Origin: Nanobdellota archaeon
GTDB lineage: Archaea > Nanobdellota > Nanobdellia > Nanobdellales > Nanobdellaceae
Assembly (NCBI GenBank): GCA_042850255.1
Contig: AP031373.1
Span: 720,001 to 752,000, forward strand
DNA: 32,000 nucleotides
Reading direction: 5' to 3'
The notes beneath the pieces were generated by a model. That model was not told the origin of the DNA and searched no databases. It saw nothing but the letters and a program-made list of their open reading frames with translations. Shown piece after piece: positions 23,970 through 32,000 of the stretch. The position numbers were made by a program, and so were the translations under genes. Position 1 is the stretch's first letter, and each line of letters opens with the position of its first letter.

Positions 23970-24851
23970 GTTTATTTTATCCTTATTTTCCAATACTTGA
24001 ATAAAATTTTCCTCAAATTTAATTAAATTATCTATAATATTATATATTTTATTATACATCTTTACAATTCCTAAATCTTTTGTATAATTACTTGGGGAGA
24101 AATCCAAATTATTATCATATTCCTTTGAAGATCTTTCGTGCAACATCAATATACCAGATAATATAAATACGTTACCAAAAACATTTAAATTATCTTTATT
24201 TTTTTCTATTTCTCTTTTTACTAATGATTTAAACATTCCAGTATTTATCATACTTTTGTACTGTCCTCCTAATTTACTAAATAAATTCATAGCCAAATTA
24301 ATATAACTTTCTAAAACTTCATCAGATAATTGATATTGATTTATCTTTTCATTTATTTCAAATAGTTTATTTAAATCTTCTTCACTATATCTTACTATAT
24401 TTTTTCTCTCATTTTTATCCTTTATCTTATCTAAAAACTTCTTTAACTCCTCTTTATAATTATCCCAATCTTCTTTAAATTTTTTCTTATTTTCATCATT
24501 TAATAACAATTCATAAAATTTTGCATTTTGCTCTATTAATTTTTTCATTTTATCAAACATCTTATTTTTATTTAAAAATTCTTCAAAAGAATTATAATTT
24601 TTATCTTTTACATCTTTTAACTTTAATAAAGAAAATAGTATAGATAAAGATTTTATTGATGAATATAAGGATTGTTCTAAAAAATATATTGCTACATTAT
24701 AATTACCTTTATTATAAGAATCTTTTGAATTATCCAAATTCTTCTTAGATTCTTCTATTAAATTTTTTGAATACTCTATATTCTCCTTTGGTATATCCTT
24801 AAACTGAGATAGACCAGTTAAGGATTTTGCAAGATCAAATATTCCAACCAT
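23961..24851 (-). CDS. hypothetical helical/coiled-coil protein
   Basis: 296 aa. The N-terminal YNKGNYNVAIYFLEQSLYSSIKSL resembles the first helix of HEPN-like domains, but no catalytic motif is evident. Confidence 0.5.
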   Translation of the reverse strand: MVGIFDLAKSLTGLSQFKDIPKENIEYSKNLIEESKKNLDNSKDSYNKGNYNVAIYFLEQSLYSSIKSLSILFSLLKLKDVKDKNYNSFEEFLNKNKMFDKMKKLIEQNAKFYELLLNDENKKKFKEDWDNYKEELKKFLDKIKDKNERKNIVRYSEEDLNKLFEINEKINQYQLSDEVLESYINLAMNLFSKLGGQYKSMINTGMFKSLVKREIEKNKDNLNVFGNVFILSGILMLHERSSKEYDNNLDFSPSNYTKDLGIVKMYNKIYNIIDNLIKFEENFIQVLENKDKINLS

Positions 24852-24866
24852 TATTTTATATATAAA

Positions 24867-26066
24867 TTAACCTTTAAGAATATCAACCAATATATTCAGA
24901 TCACTTATTAAATCATTCAAATTAATATACTCATTTGGCATGTGAGCACTATCATTATATGTACTCCAAACTATTGCATTAAGGTTTTTTTCTCTTAAAT
25001 ATTTTGCATAAGTTCCACCACCAATACCAACTATTTTTGGTTCTTTTCCCTTATATTTTTTGATTAATTCTTTCAGTTTTTCTAAAAATTCATTATTTTC
25101 AATATTCAAATATGAGGGATAATCTTTCATTACTATATCAACTTCTACTTTACAATTATAATTTCTTTCAAATTCTTTACAAATATATAATATAGTTTCA
25201 TATACTTCATCTAAATTATAATCTGGTAATATTCTACAATCATAATAAAATACAAACTCCCCAGGAATTGTGTTTACATTATCTATATTCTTTTCTACCT
25301 TAGTTGGTTCAAAAGTTGATTTATTTGGATTAAATAAATTATTTTCTTTATTATATTTTTCATGTAATGCATCATATAATTGTAGTATTAATAAAGATCC
25401 TAACTTTGTTGCATTTAATCCCAAATCTGGAGTACTTGCATGAGCTTGTTTTCCTATAACTTTAAATTTTAACCATAGTATACCTTTTTCTGCTATTTCA
25501 ATTTCATTACCTTCAGAATTTCCAGCATCAGGTACTAATATCCAATCTTCCTTTTTAAATAAATCAGGATATTTTTCTATAATATATTTTATTCCATAAT
25601 TACTCCCAGTTTCTTCATCTGCTGCTAATATTAATCCATAATTATATTCTGGAATAATATTATTATCCTTAAAATATTTAGCTAAGGTTATTCCCAATAC
25701 TATTGCATTTCCATTATCTTGAACCCCTCTTCCATATAAGATATCACCTTCAACTGTTAAATTAAATGGATCATATTTCCAAAGATCAATATTACCTTCG
25801 GGTACAGTATCTATATGCGCAATTATCCAAAATGTTTTATTTTTGTTTTTTCCATATTTTAAACAAATTATATTTGGTCTAGAACCCACTCTATTATCGG
25901 GAACTTCTATAAATTTTACTTCATCAAACAAATCTTTAACAATATTATATAAAACTTTTGCTCTTTCATATTCACCTTTTCCACCAGAATCTGGAGATAT
26001 AGATTTTATCGGAATAAAACTCTTATATAAATCTATTATATACTTTTTATATTCTTCTAAATTCAT
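24867..26066 (-). CDS. M20-family metallopeptidase (ArgE/DapE/CPG2-like)
   Basis: WIIAHIDTVPEG, GRGVQDNGNAIV, AADEETGS and the C-terminal SAHMPNEYI match the zinc-ligand and catalytic blocks of peptidase family M20. Confidence 0.8.
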   Translation of the reverse strand: MNLEEYKKYIIDLYKSFIPIKSISPDSGGKGEYERAKVLYNIVKDLFDEVKFIEVPDNRVGSRPNIICLKYGKNKNKTFWIIAHIDTVPEGNIDLWKYDPFNLTVEGDILYGRGVQDNGNAIVLGITLAKYFKDNNIIPEYNYGLILAADEETGSNYGIKYIIEKYPDLFKKEDWILVPDAGNSEGNEIEIAEKGILWLKFKVIGKQAHASTPDLGLNATKLGSLLILQLYDALHEKYNKENNLFNPNKSTFEPTKVEKNIDNVNTIPGEFVFYYDCRILPDYNLDEVYETILYICKEFERNYNCKVEVDIVMKDYPSYLNIENNEFLEKLKELIKKYKGKEPKIVGIGGGTYAKYLREKNLNAIVWSTYNDSAHMPNEYINLNDLISDLNILVDILKG

Positions 26067-26090
26067 AAATGATTAGTATAAATAAAATTT

Positions 26091-26669
26091 ATGAGCGTTT
26101 TGGTTGGAGATGATGCAAAAAATTTTGTTGAGGAATATGTAAAAATAAATCCAGCAGGAATAGATATAAAACCTAAGAAAATATATAAAATACCAATAAA
26201 GAAAATAAAATATATATTAATAGATGGAAATAAAAGAGGATATTTTTTTAATTTAGATATAGAAAATTATGATGAATTATTAGAAATAACTATTGATGAA
26301 AACAAAAGGAAAAAATTATTAGAAGATTCATTTAAAAGTATACCAGAAGCTTTTATTGAAATAAAACCAAAGAATAATTATTGGATATTAGATAAAGGTT
26401 TATATTATGTAGTATTTCCAAAAGTAAAAATACCAAAAGATTGTATTGCAGTATCATTTCCAAGAAGTACTTTTAATAGATTGGGAATATTAAAATTCGA
26501 ATCTGCATTATTTGATCCTGGATATGAGGGAGAATTTACACAAACATATTATTTCCCAATAAAAGCAAAAATAAATATAAATGAAGCTTGGATACAATTA
26601 GTATTCTTTAGATTAGAAAAAGAAGCAAAAGAAGAATATAAAGGATTTTGGAATAAAGAAAAATATTAA
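26091..26669 (+). CDS. dCTP deaminase/dUTPase-superfamily protein
   Basis: FPRSTFNRLGIL and ALFDPGYEGEFT match the (R)SS..R.G and DPG[FY].G motifs of the trimeric dUTPase/dCTP deaminase fold. Confidence 0.65.
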   Translation: MSVLVGDDAKNFVEEYVKINPAGIDIKPKKIYKIPIKKIKYILIDGNKRGYFFNLDIENYDELLEITIDENKRKKLLEDSFKSIPEAFIEIKPKNNYWILDKGLYYVVFPKVKIPKDCIAVSFPRSTFNRLGILKFESALFDPGYEGEFTQTYYFPIKAKININEAWIQLVFFRLEKEAKEEYKGFWNKEKY

Positions 26670-27508
26670 TCTTTTTTCTTAAATAAATTAAATATTTCTG
26701 GTGGTACTACTACTATTTTTTCATTTTGAGTATTTCTCAATATATCTAAGAATCTTAATGTAATACCATATTTAGCTTCCTCCAATATTTCTGCAGCTTT
26801 CTTAAAGTTCTCTGCAGCTTGTAATTCTCCTTGAGATTCAATTACTTTTGCTTGTGCATATCCCTGAGCTCTCAATATTTCTGCATCCCTTTGTCTTTCA
26901 GCAATTGCTCTTTGTGTTAATGCAGATAAAATTTCTTGAGGTATTATTATATCCTGTATTTTTATAGCTTCAACAATTATTCCCCATTCTTTAGTTTCTT
27001 CCTGAATTATATTTTTTAATTCATCGCTTAGTTCTTCTCTCTTCTGTAATATATCATTTAAATTATATTTTCCGAATATATCTCTTAAATTAGTTTGAGC
27101 ATAATTTAATATCATTCTAGGCAAATCTTTTACATTCATTACTACCTTTCCAGGATCTGAAACTCTATAAAATACTGTACTTTTTACTGTAACATTAACA
27201 TTATCTGCAGTTAATAATACTTGTTCTGGCAAATCAAAATTTATTAATCTCATATCTATCTTTATCATCTTTTGAAAACCTGGAACTATATATATTAAAC
27301 CACCAGATAATACTCCCGAATAATATCCTAAAGTAAATATTACTGCTTTTTCATAATTATATATTATTCTTATTCCTAATAGTGCATATATTAATAATAA
27401 AATACCAAAAATTATTCCAATTATTTTTCCAAATACCATCAATAGTATTGATATCAATAATAGTATAAAAAATATAGACCATTGTCTCATATTACTATAT
27501 TCAGCCAT
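26666..27508 (-). CDS. SPFH/band-7 (stomatin-prohibitin-like) membrane protein
   Basis: N-terminal hydrophobic helices are followed by YEKAVIFTLGYYSG..., LLTADNVNVTV, FYRVSDP and a C-terminal A/E/Q-rich coiled coil (AIAERQRDAEILRAQGYAQAKV). Confidence 0.85.
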   Translation of the reverse strand: MAEYSNMRQWSIFFILLLISILLMVFGKIIGIIFGILLLIYALLGIRIIYNYEKAVIFTLGYYSGVLSGGLIYIVPGFQKMIKIDMRLINFDLPEQVLLTADNVNVTVKSTVFYRVSDPGKVVMNVKDLPRMILNYAQTNLRDIFGKYNLNDILQKREELSDELKNIIQEETKEWGIIVEAIKIQDIIIPQEILSALTQRAIAERQRDAEILRAQGYAQAKVIESQGELQAAENFKKAAEILEEAKYGITLRFLDILRNTQNEKIVVVPPEIFNLFKKKD

Positions 27509-27564
27509 AAAGATATATTAAACGAATATTTTTTATTTATAAGAAAATACTGTATAAATATTTA

Positions 27565-27822
27565 ATGGAAAAGAAAGGTAAAGTAGAAGAAAAAATAAAT
27601 GAAATATATGAATTAATAAAACCATATTTAACTAGAGAAGCTTTAGATAGATTAACAAATATAAAAATAGTATATCCAGATAAATTTGTACAAGCAGTAT
27701 TAATAATATATCAAAATATACAAACTGGAAGAATTAAAAAAGTAGATGAAGAAATATTAAAAACAATATTAGAAAGAATAAGTGAAAAAAGAGAAACCAA
27801 AATAAAATTTATACATAGATAA
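27565..27822 (+). CDS. PDCD5/TFAR19-like dsDNA-binding protein
   Basis: LTREALDRLTNIKIVYPDKFVQAVLIIYQNIQTGRIKKVDEEILKTILERI follows the archaeal PDCD5-homolog pattern. The protein is 85 aa. Confidence 0.7.
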   Translation: MEKKGKVEEKINEIYELIKPYLTREALDRLTNIKIVYPDKFVQAVLIIYQNIQTGRIKKVDEEILKTILERISEKRETKIKFIHR

Positions 27823-27823
27823 A

Positions 27824-28942
27824 TTAACTTAACATTCTTTCTGGATGTGATATTTTTTCTGGTAAATATTTATCAGATACAAATTCTAAAGACCATGCTG
27901 CTAAAGCATCTTGTTCCACTTTTATTTTTAAATCTATCATCTTTTTAAATTGTCTTTGCCAATCCCTAGATTTCTTAAACCATGGATAATTCATTAATTC
28001 CCTTAATCTTTTTAGATCTATTTCTTTTAATTTCATTACAGCACCTTTTTTCAATAATCCATAATCTTCTACATCATCCATTGTCATACCAATATACCTA
28101 GCATCAGGAGTTGCCAATAGTTCAGAAAATTGGGATAATTTCATAGATCCTCTCTTAATTACTGAATAAATATAATATCCCCATGGATCCCCATCTGTAA
28201 ATACATAAACAGGTAAATTTTTTTCATACCTTAACCTATGTATTAATCTTCTAACCCCTCTTGGTGGTTGACCTTTTCCAGTTATTAATATTGCCTTATT
28301 TTTTTCAGGAAATCTTTCTTCAATTAACCTATCAAACATTGCTTCCTTTTCTACTACTAAAACATAATCAGCATTAACTTCATATATATCTATATCTTCT
28401 ATAGTAGACGGAACACTCCATCCTCCTCTACCAAGTTTAGAACAATTCCATTCATCTCCTCTTTTTTTATCCCTTAAAGTTATATCTCCATATATTGCCC
28501 CTCTACCTTCTGCTTTAATATGGAACTGTTCCCTTATTGCTTTTAAAGCTCTTTCTAAATCTTCTATTACAGCATCAGATTCTTCCTGTTCTTCAAATGT
28601 ATTTACTTCTATTATTGGTACTGTATGCTTTAACTGATAAAATACTTCTCTTAAACTTGCAGTTTTATCATTTTCTACCAATCTTTTTGCTAAACCTGCA
28701 ACTAATATTGTTTGAGCAAATTTTCTTACATGACCTAAATTAAAGAATTCTCTTCTACCAATTTTCTCTTTTAACATTATTATATCCCTTTTTTCGTCAT
28801 ATTCTATATTTTTTATATTACCCCTAACAGCAAATTCTATAGTCGGATTCCCATTTTCAAATTCTTTAATAATTTTATCAGCAAGATCTTTTATTCTTCT
28901 TAGAATTTCTTCTTTAGACATTTTTTCTACATATTGAGCCAT
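27824..28942 (-). CDS. top6A: DNA topoisomerase VI subunit A (Spo11 homolog)
   Basis: 372 aa. It has the Toprim block VYVFTDGDPWGYYIYSV, a winged-helix 5Y-CAP region (REVFYQLKH) and the operon position immediately downstream of subunit B. Confidence 0.9.
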   Translation of the reverse strand: MAQYVEKMSKEEILRRIKDLADKIIKEFENGNPTIEFAVRGNIKNIEYDEKRDIIMLKEKIGRREFFNLGHVRKFAQTILVAGLAKRLVENDKTASLREVFYQLKHTVPIIEVNTFEEQEESDAVIEDLERALKAIREQFHIKAEGRGAIYGDITLRDKKRGDEWNCSKLGRGGWSVPSTIEDIDIYEVNADYVLVVEKEAMFDRLIEERFPEKNKAILITGKGQPPRGVRRLIHRLRYEKNLPVYVFTDGDPWGYYIYSVIKRGSMKLSQFSELLATPDARYIGMTMDDVEDYGLLKKGAVMKLKEIDLKRLRELMNYPWFKKSRDWQRQFKKMIDLKIKVEQDALAAWSLEFVSDKYLPEKISHPERMLS

Positions 28943-28964
28943 CTTTATTATATATTATTTAATT

Positions 28965-30707
28965 TTATATATTTTCTAAGTGCAATTTCTTTTCCTTTAC
29001 CTCTTTTATTACATTATTTATCATATCTAACAATTCTTTTTCAGATAATAGATTTATTTTAACAGCATCTTGTAACATATTTTTTACTAAATTAGCAGCT
29101 TGATTATCTTTTCCTTCTCTTAATAATACTTTAATTTCTCTTACAGATCTTAAAATCTCATATATATCATTTATCAATTCTTTTTTTATTCTTTCCTTTA
29201 TTCTTTCTCTTATTTCATCTTCTTTTATGTTAGTTATTTCATATAAACTATTTACTATTTCTAATCCGTATCCATATAAGTTTTTATATTTTTCTCCAAT
29301 AGTTTCCAATGCTTTTTTCTTCTTAATATATATTGATAATTCCCTTAAAGCATTTTTTATTCCTAATTCTACTTCTTTTATTATTTCATCATAAGGTGCT
29401 ATTGCTTCTTTAGATTCTGAAGTAAATGGTAACCATACAGAAGCTACATGAACTAATATTGCCATAGGATCCTTTGGAAATTCTCCCTCTACATTAAATC
29501 CATAATGTCTCCAGTTTATATTTTTTATAGCATGCGTTATCGCATCTTCCCCTGCTTTATATAATAATGGTACTCTATTTGCAAATCTATAATATTCAAA
29601 TTCTTGTATATTTCCACCATAAGCAATACCAACTTCTACTATAAATGGTATTCCTCTATATAATGCAGGTCTTCTAGTAATAGCAGACATATATTCAGGT
29701 TTAAATATATTTTCTATACTTTTTAATATTAATTCTCTTCCAAGAGTAGTAATATATTTAGAAGGCATAGCTCTTAACTTTGTTTCCTGTAATATCTTGT
29801 ATATGTTCTCCATTTCTTCATCAGTTAATTTTTTTGGATCCTTTTCAGGATCTACCTTAGCTTTTTTCAATACTTTTAAAGCAGTTTCTCTACTTATAGA
29901 AGAAAATGTTTTAACCAAAAAATCTAAGACAGTTTTTTTATTAGTTTCTCTACATAATCTTTCAAAATATCCTATCTCTATCCCATGTGGGTGTGGTCTG
30001 GCTTCTTTTAATTCTGGTAATTGATCTGTTATTCTTTTATAAACAAATTTTTCTCCTTCAGGATTCTTATATGTTATATTAGCATGAGGATTTATTAAAG
30101 CAGTTAATTTTATATATTCATCTACAGATTGTTTACCTTTTATATATTGTCCTATTATTCTAGCTTTAACAATAGTTCCACTTTCTTTTTTACTTTCTAT
30201 TTCCTTTTTTTCTACTATTATTGGACTGTTATTTTTTATATCTATCTTTATTTTATATTTTATTGCATAATCTTTACTTTTTAATTTTGTAATAACCTCT
30301 ACAGGTTCTCTAGTAGTTAATTGGGCATATAATGTTACAGCAGAGGCTCCTATACCTTGTTTACCTCTAGTTGATACAAATCTATGAAATTTAGATCCAA
30401 ATAAAAAACTTCCATATATTTCTGGTACTTTATCATATGGTATTCCAGGACCATTATCTTCAACAGATACCTCATAAATATCTTCCTCCTTTTCTTCAAT
30501 ATTTACCTTAATATCAGGTAATATTTTATATTCTTCACAAGCATCTAGAGCATTATCAACATATTCTTTTATGGATATAAGTAAAGCTTTCCTAGGACTA
30601 TCAAAACCCAAGAGATGTCTATTTCTTTCAAAGAATTCTGCTATAGAAACTCTTTTAAAATTTTTATACAATTGTAATTCTTCTTCAATATTTTCTTTCT
30701 CCTTCAT
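28965..30707 (-). CDS. top6B: DNA topoisomerase VI subunit B (GHKL ATPase)
   Basis: The Bergerat-fold motifs are EYVDNALDA, EDNGPGIP and GKQGIGAS. It is 580 aa and lies 22 nt upstream of top6A on the same strand. Confidence 0.9.
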   Translation of the reverse strand: MKEKENIEEELQLYKNFKRVSIAEFFERNRHLLGFDSPRKALLISIKEYVDNALDACEEYKILPDIKVNIEEKEEDIYEVSVEDNGPGIPYDKVPEIYGSFLFGSKFHRFVSTRGKQGIGASAVTLYAQLTTREPVEVITKLKSKDYAIKYKIKIDIKNNSPIIVEKKEIESKKESGTIVKARIIGQYIKGKQSVDEYIKLTALINPHANITYKNPEGEKFVYKRITDQLPELKEARPHPHGIEIGYFERLCRETNKKTVLDFLVKTFSSISRETALKVLKKAKVDPEKDPKKLTDEEMENIYKILQETKLRAMPSKYITTLGRELILKSIENIFKPEYMSAITRRPALYRGIPFIVEVGIAYGGNIQEFEYYRFANRVPLLYKAGEDAITHAIKNINWRHYGFNVEGEFPKDPMAILVHVASVWLPFTSESKEAIAPYDEIIKEVELGIKNALRELSIYIKKKKALETIGEKYKNLYGYGLEIVNSLYEITNIKEDEIRERIKERIKKELINDIYEILRSVREIKVLLREGKDNQAANLVKNMLQDAVKINLLSEKELLDMINNVIKEVKEKKLHLENI

Positions 30708-30736
30708 CTATATTTATTATACTTTATATTTTTAAA

Positions 30737-31258
30737 TTATTTAGTATATTTATTTATTTCTTTTTCTTTATTTTTCAAATTTTCTTTATATCTATCTAAA
30801 AACTCATATACATGTTCGTGTTTTTCTCCATTAATCAATCTCCTTATTCCTTCATATGCTGCTCTAATGGATATATCGTCTCCCAATAAATATATATACC
30901 TATCTTTTATTATTATATTTGAATTCGTTCTATCAGATAATTCTTTTAATGCTTTTCCTTTTTCTCCTATAATTCTTCCTTTAATCCTAATTACATGATT
31001 AATTTTCTTTTCAAATATTTGTTTTAAATCTATTTCTAATAGATCCCAATCGCTATACAATATATTTTTAGATAAATCTATATCAAATCCTACCTTTAAA
31101 CATTTTATAAATTTATCAAATTTATATAAGAAATAATAATCATCTGAATATATTGTTATTTTATTTTCCTTTTTATTATATTTTATTCCTTTTTCTTCCA
31201 AGAAATTTTTTAACTTATTATAATCTATTCCTTCCAGATCTGTTTCATAACTATACAT
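30737..31258 (-). CDS. KH-domain RNA-binding protein (Dim2/Pno1-like)
   Basis: IKGRIIGEKGKALKELSDRTNSNIII contains the KH GxxG loop. It is 173 aa and lies upstream of the Topo VI operon on the same strand. Confidence 0.6.
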   Translation of the reverse strand: MYSYETDLEGIDYNKLKNFLEEKGIKYNKKENKITIYSDDYYFLYKFDKFIKCLKVGFDIDLSKNILYSDWDLLEIDLKQIFEKKINHVIRIKGRIIGEKGKALKELSDRTNSNIIIKDRYIYLLGDDISIRAAYEGIRRLINGEKHEHVYEFLDRYKENLKNKEKEINKYTK

Positions 31259-31287
31259 AAAAAATATTGTAATAAAAAAATTTTTAA

Positions 31288-32000
31288 TTATACAGTTATT
31301 TCCTTTAATACCTCTATATTTAATTTTTTATCTACCTTATAAAAAGGTCTTGCATTTAAACCTTCTTGTAAAGTTATCCTTTGTGTTTTATAAAATATTC
31401 CTACAGGAATTTTTACATCTTCCCTTAATGTATAATCATATTCAAATGCTCTATTTAATGCTTCATTAAAATTATTATAATCATGTCCTACATCCTCTAA
31501 TTTATACATATGAGATTCGTAATACTTTCTAGTATCATGTTGTGCAATACAAGGTTGTATTATATCTACAAATGCAAATCCTTTATGCAATATTGCTTCT
31601 TTCATTATATATTTTAAATGATCTAACCATAATGCGTATCCTCTTGCAACAAATGTAGCACCAGAGATTAATGCTAAAGCAATAGGATTTAATGGTTTCT
31701 CAAATACTTTTAATCCCAATGATTTAGAATAATAACCAGGTTCTGTAGTAAATGTATGTTGAGCAGTTGTTAATGCAAATACTTGATTATTATGTACAAA
31801 TAATTTCACATCTGGATTTTCCTTACATGCAGATACTAAATGCTCTACTCCTTCATTATATGTATCTCCATCTCCTTGAAAAGTTACTACAGTTAATTCT
31901 GGATTTGCTAATTTTATTCCAACTGCAACTGCCAATGCTCTCCCATGTAATGTACTAAATGAACTTAGGTTTATATAATTATGCATTTTTCCTGCACATC
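31288..32000 (-). CDS. 2-oxoacid:ferredoxin oxidoreductase beta subunit (TPP-binding), 5' end outside the window
   Basis: LHGRALAVAVG, FQGDGDTYNEG and NNQVFALTTAQ match the TPP-binding beta subunit. The frame stays open upstream of the tracked Met (..CAGK-MHNY) to the window edge. Confidence 0.8.
   Translation of the reverse strand, partial: CAGKMHNYINLSSFSTLHGRALAVAVGIKLANPELTVVTFQGDGDTYNEGVEHLVSACKENPDVKLFVHNNQVFALTTAQHTFTTEPGYYSKSLGLKVFEKPLNPIALALISGATFVARGYALWLDHLKYIMKEAILHKGFAFVDIIQPCIAQHDTRKYYESHMYKLEDVGHDYNNFNEALNRAFEYDYTLREDVKIPVGIFYKTQRITLQEGLNARPFYKVDKKLNIEVLKEITV

Overview
This is a 32 kb chromosomal segment from a very AT-rich archaeon (roughly a quarter G+C by eye). The archaeal assignment rests on a topoisomerase VI B/A operon, an intron-containing tRNA-Tyr with the archaeal C1:G72 pair and a bulge-helix-bulge splice motif, a PDCD5-like protein and a 2-oxoacid:ferredoxin oxidoreductase beta subunit.

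The right third (about 21.6-32 kb) is ordinary housekeeping: aldo/keto reductase, M20 peptidase, dCTP deaminase/dUTPase-family protein, SPFH protein, Topo VI, KH protein and OFOR-beta.

The left two thirds look accessory.
- A lineage-specific all-helical protein family has at least five copies, four of them head-to-tail and ending at the tRNA-Tyr gene.
- A second lineage-specific family carries an HExxH ... TEA zincin-like signature in three copies. Each copy sits near a helical-family gene, and at one locus the two are separated by a JAB/MPN-like ORF.
- Two toxin-antitoxin-type modules (small ORF + PIN, HEPN + minimal nucleotidyltransferase) are divergently arranged around an intergenic region full of TTAACCA repeats, directly 3' of the tRNA.
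- A pair of perfect 8-bp palindromes flanks a TATA-like box.
- The density of disrupted reading frames is unusually high (at least 8), and many disruptions lie at homopolymer or dinucleotide runs.

I saw no CRISPR array, rRNA, integrase or transposase. All functional calls come from motif recognition by eye; no database search was possible.
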